Shown: positions 38,383 to 52,049 of the stretch, piece after piece
How the letters are laid out: each line of letters opens with the position of its first letter
Position numbering within the stretch: position 1 is the first letter of the stretch
Assembly: GCA_040954595.2 (NCBI GenBank)
Contig: CM082579.2
Coordinates: 9,351,625-9,415,624, forward strand
Length of the DNA stretch: 64,000 nucleotides
Source of the DNA: Balanoglossus misakiensis
Lineage: Eukaryota > Animalia > Hemichordata
Direction: 5' to 3'
Notes under the pieces: model-generated
Database searches by the model: none
What the model was told of the DNA's origin: nothing
Seen by the model: the letters and a program-made list of their open reading frames with translations, nothing else
Position numbers and translations under genes: made by a program

Positions 38383-39430
38383 GCACTTTTATTAAAACTA
38401 ATAAAAAAAATCCAATTAGATGCCAGGTACATTACAAGACGGTAGAACAGCTTACTATGTAGGATATAGCACTTTCAGCTGCTCGAAGAAGGCGCCCTTC
38501 TAGCGATGCATCTTTGGTCTCAATTTAATCATATCTCCGTGGTGCTGAGTGCAAGCTTTACTTTACTTCAAGTTAACTTTCTTAATCCAGGACAGTTTCC
38601 ATGTTTTGCCTCTCAGCTGTGTGACACAATGGATTCACTCAGAAAGGCGGGAAAGTAGACCGTAAAGTCGCGTCTACACCATTATTCAGTCGCTTTTATT
38701 TCCTCGGGTCTCGTGTTAAGGTTAACTTAGCGTGTAAAATGCTGGGTTGAACGTGAACGGTGCTTTGCAAAGAGATAGGTCGCCCTAGCCTTGAGGCAGC
38801 AAACTCGAATACACCGTCAAACGCTCATCATGCACGTAAGCTGCCGAGGTGCTGACAGATATTTTCAACATTCACTTTCGCGCGTCCGATGCCCCGTGAG
38901 ATAGATCGGGGCCCGTGCGGGCGGGAAACGTTTGTTCGACGCGTTTCCACCTCAGTCTAATTTCGCTTTTTATCCTACCCCCACCCCTCACTCCCCAATC
39001 CTCCCCACGAACGAGAAAATTCGCTTAGTCGGAGAACAGCCCGCAAAGTGTCAATAGGCATCGTTGGATCGGCGTCGGGGAGCCGGGAACGAACTGGAAT
39101 GACGCGTGTCTCGTTTCCCCGTCATCTCGAATGATGTCACTGACGAAATTCCCCGATGGTTTGGGGAAACAGTTTAACAGAGAAGCGCTGGGCAGTCGAG
39201 TCGGCCTGCGATCAAGGGAGTTGGATTTCGCAGCGTGAAGGGTAGTGAGAAACCTTTGAAAAATTCACAGGGGGGCAGGTGGAGATTTGCTGCAATGCCC
39301 AAAAGGTAAAATCGTTGCGAGATATTCAATGAACTGCGGAGGATCCCTGCGTTTGAACTCCTGTCTGCCTCGCTACGTCCGTTTCCTACGCGAGTCCGAT
39401 AGATAGATTGCGTATATCCATAAATCCGTG

Positions 39431-39549
39431 CACACACCCACCCGTCCAACTCACCCAATACCCCACCCAAGCCAACCACCCACCCACCCTCCTACCCAAC
39501 CACCCACCCATCCATCCATCCATCCATCCATCCATCCATCCATACCCAT
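39431..39549 (+). repeat. (CCCA)n/(CCAT)n degenerate microsatellite
   Basis: Read directly from the sequence. Confidence 0.8.
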
Positions 39550-42500
39550 GCATAGATGCATACCCATGGGAAAACCAAGTGTTTGATCAAACGGCTTGTT
39601 CCCAAACTTGGAAGTAGCTTTCAACAATTATGAGATGTTTAATCGCCAACTTTGAATAATTACTCTAGTAATAATTAAAGTAAGTTGATGTTCTCCGTTT
39701 CTTCACCCAAGAATACCTTGGACGAAAAAACCCACCTATATAATGTTCATCGCCAACCTCAAATACAAAGTCAATAATATCAGTGGGAACATTAATGAGA
39801 GAAAGGAAAGCGTATAATACATTTGGCTTTTCCCCGGTTATCAATCACACAACTTATGCACTAATATTTGAATAAAATTCACCTCGAAGATAAACGTTTA
39901 ACATGAGCTTGGCATACACTACTGCTGTACATGTAAGTGGCTTGGTATTAAATATATGGATGTTACAATCAAACGCGCAATGGGTGATGGCGGCTAAAGA
40001 CATTTCGGGTATCCATTATGATTGGCAGGTACTGCTCTCCCACTCACCGCTACACCAAACCTATGACACAGGTCTTCGTACTATGAATTACTGACTGAAC
40101 GCCTTTCTCAACACTTTTCTCAACAATGTTTCAGTGTCAGTACCATCCACCCCTATCTCAAATATAAATCTTTCTTGTGTATAAAATTCTTACAAAGGCA
40201 ACATTGCTAAGATGCCTTATCTATTAGAAGTACTGTAACGTACTTATGGTGCAGTTATTCCACGCCCTTGAGAATCCGACAATCTCTCTGACAAGAACGG
40301 GATTGGTTTTTGATGAAACTTTGAAGCCTCCTAGCGTTGAAATTCACGTAAGCTAGTTACTAGTATTTTATTCTTTCCAATTCATAAAAAATATTATATA
40401 GTAGGACACCGAGGGATGTTCTTGCCAACTCTATATAAATGGACTTGTTTGGAAAGCACGTTCAGTATCAAGCGAACCGGTCTTCTATTTCCTTTAGATA
40501 ATTTCGATTTTTAATCAGCATAAACCTTGCAATATTTCATATATCCACCTTTGATTCCCTGTGGGTACACGATACAAAATACCCCCCCCCCCACCAATTA
40601 ATCTAGTTCATCGTTTTCCGCCCTCGACACAACAGGCAGATTTTGATGCCCTTCATTAAAATATAACTTGATCGACGACTCAGTCAAGTGCTCAGGACTT
40701 GATCAGCGATGCTGCGATATTCACATGAATAGTTTATGTGCGGGACATGATATAAGGTGCAAACTCGAAAGAGAGAGCGAGAAAAGCTTTTCCCAACTAT
40801 TTTTTCTCTCGGGGTCATCTGAGGTCAACCTCCGTGATCAGCCACAGTAAGGTTTGCCTTTTGCTGTTTGTTGCCCAGATTCGTCGGAAATGCGCAGGTA
40901 TGGCGGACTGGCAACCTTGCAATGCCGTTCCATGGCTGTCATGCATTCGTCTATAGCCTTAATGTCGTGTGCAAATTTGTCGTTCGAGTGCTTAGATTGG
41001 GAAAGGGCGGCGGGGGGGGGGGGGGGGGGGGAGGAATTCCCCCGTCGCCGACGCTACAACCAGAATGGGGTGTCACTTTATAGGTATTTCCCAATTCCCT
41101 CGGCGGCCAGATCTTACGCTCCGCGGAGCTCATTGTTTTTGCAAATGAAAGAATACCACAGTCGAGGGATGAATGATGCATGGGAAATCTTCATGGGGAA
41201 ACAGGCCTTGTGTGAACAGCTACTGATAACCAATTATCAGACGCTCTGTTGGTTTCCTCCTCCTCTGCGCACTTCTTGTTCAGTCAGATATTTGTTTCTG
41301 CGCGTTGACTACCAATTTTTTTTCTTCGCAAGATAGATTCGCCATGCCAGCTTGCAGCTTGTAGGGAGGGTGATTCAGCGCGACGATTTTTCTTCTTCGA
41401 TCGCGGCATTTCGGGTTGTCGCCATCACATCGACAAATTCCTCCTCTCAACGAGAGTCGCTACGTGTTATTTTTTTTTCTTTAAATTTTGTATGTTTGTG
41501 GTTTAGCCGCGCACGAGACCACGTCTCTAATGAATGCCTTACATACACAGCCGACATCGTTCATGAATATTACTTTTTTATACAGCATATTTTCTTTGTA
41601 TTTTTGGACAGGTGCGTTGCGTTTCTGTGGCCAAGCCAAAATTAATCACCACCACCATCACCTACAACAACAATATCAAAGTGACGGAATCAACCCGTCG
41701 CTGTCCGGGACACGTGACGTCATCACGCGTGTGTTGAAAGTGCACAAATGATACGCCGTCTCTTCATTTGTTATTTAGCGAGGTTAACAAGCCCTCGGTG
41801 AAAGAAATTATCAGCATGGTGGGTCCCGGTAGACCGCCAACAATATGAACACCATCTTGTAAGCATAAATATTTGAGTTATTAAAGAAGAGTTGACTGAT
41901 GGTAGTGTAACAGTATCTGTGCCGTTTCATCGACGATGATGCAGCGGGGTTTCAATTACGGGAGCTTCCAATTAATTTCCCATTTCCCGTGCATCGCTTC
42001 ACTCGGAGTCATTTCATTTTTATTTGTGTAATTTCAGCATAGAAGGGGCTATTAATCTTTTCTCCCCATCATAATGAACCGCGTCTTATCAGCTGCCGAT
42101 GTCATCAGCGGCGCATAATCACCCGACACCATCTTTATCTTCATAGTTACCGAGAGACGCGTGAAGAAAGATAACCGCGCGCGTGCGTGTCGTCGTCGTC
42201 GGCAATGGTCGGAAAGCGTCGGGTGGCGACGACTGCGGGACCTGTTGAATCGATTCGTTTTCTCCGGCAGGGCAGAGCTCATTATGGGCGAGGATTACCA
42301 CGGTGTGCAGAAGCCTCGTAATTAGTGCCTGGCTGTTTTTAATCACCTGTGTTCAGATTAAATTAGCGCTTTGAGTCACATAATCTTTATTATGGAAACT
42401 ATCAAAAACTTTACGTCTACGAGACGTGTTCCTTTTTTCAGTATTAAATAATAAAATGCTCATGCAATCGGACAATACGCAGTAAGCACGGTTCTCGTCT

Positions 42501-45500
42501 CGTTCCTCGTGTTTACAATAAAATAGATAGGGTTTTTTTCGCGCTCTTTTTTTACCCATTGTAAGACATCAGTGCGTTAAATGGGCGGCTTTGGGGAAGT
42601 AAGTCCAGTAAGGCGACGAGCAATGCAAACTGTAACACACATACAAAATATCCCCATTGTGGTAGTCAATGGTCTGTTTTTGCGCATCTCTCCCCGACAA
42701 TGGAGGGGGCGGCGGCAGTGTGGGAAACGGCACATATGCTTCAAATATTAATGTACATCGGGCCGGGCATCGGTGTACAGTTATAGGCGACGGAGGCCCA
42801 TGTCTTTTTTCATCATTGTTTGCTCTCGGAGTCCGTGTATTGTGGCTATGGCAGGGTGCTCGTTACCAAGTGTCGCATTAAACTTAGCACCGGGGTTTCA
42901 GTCGATGGTTGTGTGTATTGAAGGATAAAGGTCGAACGCGCATGCACGAGGAATGGGGTAGGAGGTGAGAGGCTTGTCGCGGAGGTCTCATGGTCGACGC
43001 CGCCGCGCCGCCGGCAGCCAATGTCAAAGTGACGCGCGTCCGGCGATTTTCGAGTCCATTATCGCGGAGGTCGGAGCAAGATGATACTAAAATCGGGAGG
43101 GAGAGGGGGAAGCGCTCAATGGCGCGCGTCACCTTTGCAAATAGACCAGTCGCGATCAAAGGAGCATCCAAACGCGGAGTTTGTGCGACCAAGCACTTGC
43201 TTCAATAGAGGCGGATTTAACTAATAAGTGGGGAAAACAATGTGGTGTTGATAATGGGATTTGCTGAATTGGTTGTAGTCACAAGAACTGACTTTGCAAG
43301 AGAGTGAGCAAACAAGGGCGCTTGTTCATTTCATTGCTGATGAAATTCGATATCATGACGTAGTATATATACATCAGAAAAATGAATGATGGTGCGAGTT
43401 ATACTACTGCTTCGTTACAATGGCTGCGCAAAAGATTTCTGAATAATCGGCGCCTGTCACGTTGCTTATTCTCGTGCTATCACTTCTTTCTCGAGCCCGA
43501 GCAAAATGAAGTGCATTATGCGCCATCGCACAGATAACAATCTCCATCACCATTCAAATAAAACATCATCAATTTTATTTAGCTTTGATCGATATCTTAA
43601 GTTCTTTTTATGTCTCAAGTGTTTTCCGTTCAACTTTGTTGAAACACTTTCGCTATGATTTTCCGAGGAGGTGGAATTTTCAGGGGTGAAATGCCCCCTA
43701 TCCCCCCTCGCAATACAAATTGTCCAAAAGTACAAGAAAACTCAATAGCATAGATTATATAATTTAATACATTTAAACAAAATGTCTGGAAGAATTGGTA
43801 TGTTGATGATGTAGGCTAAAGCAAGTCTAAGCGGTTTGAACCTATTATACATGCGTGTATGTATTTTTTCTGATTTTCTGCAAAACTTTTTTTTTGGTGT
43901 TCTCGGAGTGCGGTCGGGCAGTGAATAGGACCGTCGTGTTTCGGGTGAATAGTCAATGAATGTAAAATCGCTGCGGATGAAACTCTTCCATTGGCGCTGT
44001 TGCCAGGTAACCATTGTCGTCCCCCACTTTGGTTATACAACTTTTAACTTTATGAAAATTGCACACGTGTTTGGATTCGCACGAGGTTGTAAAAAATTGC
44101 TGGGGTCACATTTGGAGGGTTTGCTCTGGTTGATTGCCGCAGTGGTTGCAAGTTTTGAAGGCGGGGGGGGGGGAGGGGGATGGCAAGAGAGGATCCACTT
44201 GACGCCTAGACCGAAGTTGGACATTTTTTGTGTGCGGGTACTTATCGTATGTCAGGTCTGTACAGGCATGTGCTTAAGCTGCCGAGATTAACCCAATCTG
44301 ACAAAATACACCCCTAATATAATAAAACTGAAAAGTTATCATGTCATTTGTTATATCGTCAAACACATGATGATGAAAAGAAACTAATATAAATGATGGC
44401 GACTTTCGCAACCAGGAATAGCGCTCAGCGATTGTGTGATTGTAAATATTGGCACAAGATGATTTGTTGTGAGGCTTTTAATTTCTTGTGTTCCAAATGT
44501 TTATAATTTGGTATGATACGCTATTTGCTACATACGGTTTTCAGTCTGTCTGAGAGAAAAGTTAATCAAGGAGCTGAACTATAAAAAGAACATATCGTTT
44601 ACTTTACCGAAAGAGCCCACTGAAAGTGTCACAACTGGTTTTTCCCCAAACTGACGAAGGAAAGTTCTTAAAAGTTTAATTTAGATTTAAAAAACGACTC
44701 TCCTTCGTTTGCGATTTCTTGATTAAGAAGGAATATATCTGGAATGTTAAAAACAGAAATATAACGTGTTTCACGCTACTGCCGAAAACGGTCGACCGTA
44801 CGAGTGTCATAAATCTGTCGCAAGAATCCAGTTAAACAGCGGAGGAGGATTGTTTACAACACCGGTGTCAACATTACACCAGCGCACGGTTGTCAACGTC
44901 CGTCAGTGCGCCGTGAACACTCGTCTCCTGTTGCCAAGATATGGGCGCGTATACGACGCGCACAAATGCTGAGAATCACACGTGAACGCCCGGACTGAAA
45001 TATATAAAATGTGACCCAAAGTGGGGGTTTTATTGGTCTGGAACTCATATACTAGACGTCGGTTAGGTAACAGTTAGAGTTATGGCGTTGTTTGGAGTGT
45101 TGACAGCATACTTTGGCGGTACTTCATCATTTTTATGGCCGGGCAGTCGGACTGCAAGAGCCGCAGACACTTCAGTGCCCGGCCTGTCTACGGCGGGCGA
45201 TTATTTATAGTGGAGGCATTGAAAAAAAACTGATTAAATGTGTGTGGAAAAGACTTTGTTCGTTATGAATACAAAATACTGAGCACACAGACGGAGTCTA
45301 TAGTCGGTGCACCGGGTGACATGAATCATGCACGCCAATAACTGTCACCTTCTGGAGAGCGTGTGATCAAGAGGGCTTGTCGCCAAACTGCGGCGTTTAG
45401 TGTTTTTTCAGAGGTGCATGTTTCCTTTCCTTGAGAGGCGAATAAACCAGGGGACTGAGCCGGTCTAAGTGGTCGTTGACAGCGGATTAAGAACTGCCTG

Positions 45501-45744
45501 TCAAATATTCAGCTCGGACGGCTTCAGAGTTACACGTCCCGATCGCGTGGACTTTTATGAGGAGATTTTTTTACGCCGAGTCCTCTGTGGACCTGTTCCG
45601 TTCACTGTTCGTGGAATGCACTTGCCTTTCAGAGAACAAAAACAGACAATGCCAATCAGTACACATTGTCGCGATAGAAGAATGCCATAAAAAGTTTTAG
45701 CGTCGTTATAGTGCATTCTCTTCCGATAATTACTCGCTTTAGCA

Positions 45745-45747
<3 letters not shown>

Positions 45748-45809
<62 letters not shown>
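45748..45809 (+). repeat. (GA)n microsatellite
   Basis: Read directly from the sequence. Confidence 0.96.
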
Positions 45810-45814
<5 letters not shown>

Positions 45815-48800
45815 TCGTTTCGACTGCCGCAAAGTACTTCGCACGAAGAGTACAACACTATGGTTTTTAACTTGCACAATAAAAAAACGCACGAGGGAAT
45901 TATACCTTCTTGGCCAAAACTGTTCCTGGCCACAAAACGCCTCTTTCGTTGCATTATTGAATCATTATATATACGAAAACATAAATAAGAAATGGCGCTC
46001 GGCCGAGACAAATGTTACCGGGCGAGTCGAGGGAAGAATTAGTCTCGCGCGCTGTGTATTAGATACAATACAACAACGCACATTGAATTTGACGTCGGAC
46101 GTGAAAAATTGATATTTCAGAAGTGTGGAAATTCATGATGCGTCCTTTCACACTTAAGGAGACGTTTAAAAACTGATCCGGGAGGAGAGTTTGTCACGTC
46201 GACGTTAGCGCGTCGGCGCTGCTTGTACATCATCGCTATCGAGCGAGCGCGGACAACTCTTGGGGGGATTGGGGGGGGGGGGTTCCACGACCATGCGCAG
46301 ACTACAAGTCGAGCAATTACAGTTAAAGCGGAGGCAAAACTCGAATGGATTATAACCCTGATCGGTCCGCGAGGGATTTATCGCCTTCAACATTTAATCG
46401 AGCGACATGACGTACCATTTTGGCAATGGAGACACAGCAGCTCTTTGCCAAATTTCTGTTACCCATAATGACCTACACAAACAATCCGTGAATGGAGGCT
46501 GCCACGGACAAAATAATTGCTTCTTGTCATTGTAGCCTCGATCTAGGAGATTTGTAAAGCGTGTGCCGAGCAACTTTGGCGACTTATAGACATACAGTCG
46601 TAAAACTGATCCGAAACCTTCTGACCACAAGTACGTAAAAGTTTCAGAAACTTTTTTTCTTGGGAGGGGGGTCAGAAAGGCGTTAAATAAAGAGGAGTTT
46701 CGTGCGCTTTTACAAAATAAACTAATCGTTGAGGACGGACAGGCGGGCGTCCACCAAGTGGGTAACTGCGACTGAGAAAGCAAAAAAAAAAAAAAAAAAA
46801 CACGCACACAAAACCGGTGATCTTGGCCAATCGATATGTTGCGTCAGAGAGGCCGTGTCATTGACGAAAAGCACAATATAATAAATCAATAACCCTCAGC
46901 TCGCGATGCTGAAGGGGGGAAAGACCAAAAGTGGTGAGAACAGTCGTTGCGACCAACAGATGTCGGAAGATTTCATGCAAACACTAAAAAAGGGGAGGAT
47001 TACTGAAGCCCCCCGTTTTTTTCCATTCGCGCCCAACTTCAGCAATTAATACCCGCGATGAAGATGTCGACACTGCGCGCAGAGCAAGAGCGAAGACGCA
47101 GCGCATCGAAGTTGGCAGCAACACAGCGACTCTGATTTCTCAATGAATAAAATATTAACGGAATATAAACAAAATTTTAAACGTCGCAATGAGTGTGGGA
47201 AGGGCTTAACCAACGCGATTTATCGTCCGATCAATACGATTAGAGACTTTGGGCCTATTGAAGACGTATCAAAAGAGAAAATTGCGTTAGTTAGCTGGTT
47301 TGGGGAGACATATTGACTTGATGATCGCGTACAGTTCACCGACGGGCTCGCGGTAACGTTGCAAAATAGAAACGTCGCCATACTTCAAGTTCATTAGCCA
47401 CACTCTAGTGTCGATTGGGGACGACATGGCACGGGTGCGTTATGACCATCTTCTATCAACGTGGTGAATGCGAGAGAGAGAAAGGTGTGGAGATTACGTG
47501 CTCGACCTTTGTACTGGATGTGGAGGAAACAAACTTGCAGCACAGTTTGTTCAGTTTTGTCTAGATAATGATACACAGGTCGTGATCTTCGAAATGTATA
47601 TTTATAGGTAGCAGTTAGGGTAGACAGCAGTGGTCAATGAGATAGTCGGTGAATGACAGAGATCTACAGAGAGAGGTGGGGGTGGGGGAGAGAGACAGAC
47701 AGCCAGACAGAGACAGAGATGGGGAGAGACAGAGGTATAAATGCTTGGTTTAATTGAGATCTCGCATCAGATTCTTACTTTAACTTTGTTTCCTGTGAGA
47801 CAATGTATGTGGCACTCAAATAGACATATCAATAAATGATAAATAACGCCAAATGAACGTATAGTCTCTCTAAATGGGTCTATGCAATGTATTGGAATTT
47901 ATGTGGACATGTTTTGATATAGGGAGGCAGCCCAAATGCGTGTTAGGTGTCTTCTCGTTGTCAGGTGTCAGATTGACAGGCATCAAAATAGTAAAAGTTG
48001 GTGGGTCGCTTCGAGTACCATAGGAAATGCTGAAAATGCTAATACACGTACATACATACAACCGGCAGTTGCAATAATATGGTCAATGGTCAGCTACGGG
48101 TAAATCGCATTTGCCGACGGAACGCTCCGCCGCCGATGCGGCGCAACCATTCCCTTGCCCCCGCGAAAGTTCGCAGTCGCGGTGTTCTGGGTGCCGCCGC
48201 TGTGACCCTGTCGCCCGCGAGATCCCGGTTGTTATTATAAATAATCACGATGACTTTGGCTATTGTCACGTTTACTTCAGTCAAGGCGCAGTCCGAGGCG
48301 TGGTGCGAGCACACACACGAAAAATCGAAGTTGTCACGTTGGTTTTGATGAGACCGTATAAAATTACAACTGACAACCATTATGACACGCGGAAAAAAAA
48401 TTAATGTTCTCGTCGGATCCCCTTATGCCCTTTACATGCTCGGGTGCGTTTACAAACCGAATCACACTAAAGTTTTACAAACAAAATTACTTTTACGAGA
48501 TTTTCCTCTAAGATTGGCCTGATCGAGAATTAATCTAAATCATAAAAAAATCCTCTTCTCTATCGTGCATGTTAAGTATTGCTTGCAGCAATACAATCAT
48601 ATTTTACATCTTTTTTCCCCTGAAATGCTGTTCCCGAGTCGGAGATAAAAAGATAGCGAGCAAAACCAGGCTGGCCTTGTACAAGTAATGCGTATGGAGA
48701 CCCGGTTGTAAGTAATAGAATTTGAAATCGCTAACGTCAGTTATTGCATGCTGAAATTATTTCATTGTCAAACAGATTTGAAGCAAATTAATCCGACTAA

Positions 48801-51800
48801 AGACCTAATGAAGAAGATATAATGTGTTTGTTCGCTTAAGTGAGCGTATTTCGTGTATAATTCGTGTAAAATGCTTTATGTAGGTTCTGTTTGTGCTCCG
48901 TGTTGGTTGAGTGACATTAAACACTGGGGTATGATTCCGTCTGTATGTTTGGATGTCGTGTTTGGAGTGCTTGTAGCCAGGCGGGCTTGATTCGGCGTGC
49001 CACCCCCCGGGGGACGCAGCCCTGAGAGGCAGAGGCAATTAATGCCGGCAATCCAGCGATTTTCGAGACACTCGGTTCAAATAATGAGTGATGTACGCAT
49101 TACGTTATGTTGGGGCGGTGATGGGAGAAATCGCTGCAGTGTGGCTATAAACGAGCTCGGCGACCGGTGTGACCAATTTTTGCGTTCAATCAGGGTATCG
49201 CCGAACCGCACAGGGGCACGTTGCCTCCGGCCGTTCGCCACAACGGGGACCCCGCCGGCTCCCCGGGCGGGGCGCGCAAGCTCCCCCGAACAGACGATCT
49301 GTCGACGGAAGAATCAAAGGGCGGCGTCCGCACCATGCATCAAAATCCGGCTCCGAAGCTACAGGGAGGCACAAATCTCTGCCGCGCATGGGTTTGCAGA
49401 ATTGATGGTTATGCAACTGCATCGCTGTCAGACTGTGCATGCAGGTACACGCGCATTTAAAGTCGTCGTGGCACGTTGACGACGAAACTTTCTCAGCCAA
49501 TGGCGGCTTCCCCGTAGTCATCGGCCAAAAAGTTCTGAGATGGAAATCTGCTTCTGCAGGAAATCATTGTGCTGCTCAAAGCTTTGATGCGTTATCCGAG
49601 CAAATCTCCCCACTCGGCTTTTTTTAATTCGCTAAATTGTGTTAAGTGGAATACACACCCTGTTCAATAAAAGCGATTTACTGACTTGGAAACTCAAGAA
49701 ATTCAAGTTCAACATGCGAGACAGGTACCCGGTAATTTGAACGAACCGTGACTTCGTAGCATTCTTCTTTATGACGTGGACATGCGTCGTGATTTCTGAC
49801 AGCGAAATTAAAGCCCCAATGGCTGCCAATATTTGGTTTATTTTTATGATTTTACTTTTAAATCCTAGAGTGGTCCATTTTAAATGAGCTAAGTAATAGG
49901 TACACATAAACACATTATTAACCTCTAATTGCGGCTGTACATTTAAATATGGACAATTTAAATAATAAACGGGGGCCACACCCGTTTATTCAACTGCCCA
50001 TTACAAGGGTAAACACCCATCGTGGTATGCACGCACGAAATAGTTTCATTTGTCGACTAAGGAGACGGCGAAGATTGACGTAGTTTATCAATTAAAATAT
50101 ATAGTTAAAGAGGCAGTTATGGTAGGACTTTATGGACACTGTCATTACATGTACATTCTGAGGGGTCAGCGGACTGGATATATTTTTAAGAAGCGGGTAC
50201 TTTGTTGAGAATTTGTTAGGTTAGCAAGCATGCAGTAGTGGTTTGGTAAATTCTCTGTGATAGGTTCACAAAATACACAGAAAAAAACGAGAGAAAAACG
50301 CACTGTTCGCTCAGTGCAATCGGCCCGAGCATTGATCACCTGGAAACAATTTACTCTCAAGCAGATGGTGAAAGTGTAACATGTACAATACAAGTCCTTT
50401 TTTTAAAAAAAAAACGAAGAAGCCGCCACGTCTCTCAAGGCGATCGTTCCGTTTGCCTCGGCCCATCACACTTTGTCGAGCTAATTTGAATTTATGTTTT
50501 GTTGCCTATTTATCATGAAATTAAACTTCAAGTAATTTGCAAGACGATTAGAGGACAGAATGAGGGGATTTTTTCGGGATGGATAGGATTCTCACCCCCA
50601 GATCAGCAAAGCACAAAATCTAATTTTGGCGGTCTTTCATGCGGACCAGTGGCTGCAGCAGAGAGCGCGCTAAAGCTGGGCCGTGATTTTATGATTACAA
50701 AAAAAAGCAATTTCACGCTGATTCGCGCGTGTGCTACGGTCGCTATTTGGCCTAGTCTCGCGAGAGAAAACTGACACGGGACGAGGCGTCGCTGACGTGA
50801 TAGATGGGGAGGCGAGGCGTTTTTGTGAGCTTCTAGCGGATATTGGGTTTGTTGCGACGTTAATGACTCCATTGGTGTTCATTTTGTTTGCCAATGGAGC
50901 ATGGTTTTGAGGTGTTCATGTGAACAGAACGCGCGGCGCGTCTAGTTTACATGTTCGTTTCTCCCAGAAAAAGGAGACAATTGCGAAGAGAGATTGATAA
51001 AATGAACATGTCAGCGTTCAATGACATAATAGCTGATGTTAATTTCACTCGCGATTCGAGCTCTTAAGTCGTCATGATTTAAAAAAAAATAACCGCTGCG
51101 TAATTTTATCACGGTAGAGTTTGAAATTTCTCAGATAACTACCTCAAAATCAGGGATCTCTTGATTAAGTCATCTAAACCATCGAATGAGGGTGGGTCTG
51201 CCTCCAGTTAGTTTTGAAATGTCCCTTCGTCTTTAAAATCCAAAACAGATATTGTTGAAATCTCCCAATGCTCCTCCCTCGGCCAACACACCAATACGAT
51301 TGAAACCAGTTTTAGCATGATGCAATGATCCGTTAAAATACATAAAAAAACACGGAAGAAAAAAACAGGCCTCAATCACAGAATCGGTTATAGAACTCGG
51401 CGGGGAATATCAATTTATCAATCCATATGTGCCCATTGCGTTTTAGCATAGACTGACAACCGAACGTCTTTGGGAAAAACCGGTCGCGAAAAGTCTGCGT
51501 AATTTTATTGGATGAGTATCGCAGGTGGAATTGTGAACATGCCAGTAGGAAATTGGACGGTTCGAAACGGATGTGGAGAAAATAAATATTTATCCTCGTT
51601 TAATGTCTTTGTGAGCAATCTCTCCTGCTGGGCCACAGTATCGTTTTAAATAATCGCTATAGATTCGTGTTAATTTCTATTAATCAGCTAATTACGTGTT
51701 TGCACAAACCACACCGCGTGAAACCCATGCCGAAGACCTCCTCTCTGCTCAATTGAGCGTCTTCCGAACAAACAATATACACATGTAGGTTATTCGGCGT

Positions 51801-52035
51801 TAATTTAGTGTATCATTTTGCGAATAGCGCATCGACTAGCCCCGACGTTGCGCTACCGTCATTTCACATGTCCGTACATTATTGGCAGTGTCCCCGAACG
51901 GCTATCCATCTAACTTTTCTATGGACAAAACACAAATGGGATGTCGGAGCAGACAAATGGCCGTATTCCCACTGTGGAAAGCAGCATCAATCATCCTCTC
52001 TTCGATAAACTTCTATTATGACAGCGAAATCAAAT

Positions 52036-52049
52036 GTTTCCATGGAAAC
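52036..52049. promoter_or_regulatory. Palindromic RFX X-box GTTTCCATGGAAAC
   Basis: Exact match to GTTNCCATGGNAAC. Confidence 0.45.

Noticed and set aside
39140-39172. CTGACGA...GAAAC resembling a hammerhead ribozyme core
   Set aside because: Stem II cannot close next to the core, and stems I and III are absent.
46419-46452. TTTGGCAATGG (miR-182 nt 1-11) in a small hairpin with TTGCCAAA
   Set aside because: The hairpin is only ~35 nt, so a 22-mer would span the loop, and the 3' half does not match miR-182.
49808-49990. TTAAAGCCCCAATGGCTG resembling a Kolobok-type left end (other solo TTAAAGG/TTAAGG strings at 37777 and 56204)
   Set aside because: I found no matching right TIR in the window, so the element cannot be delimited.
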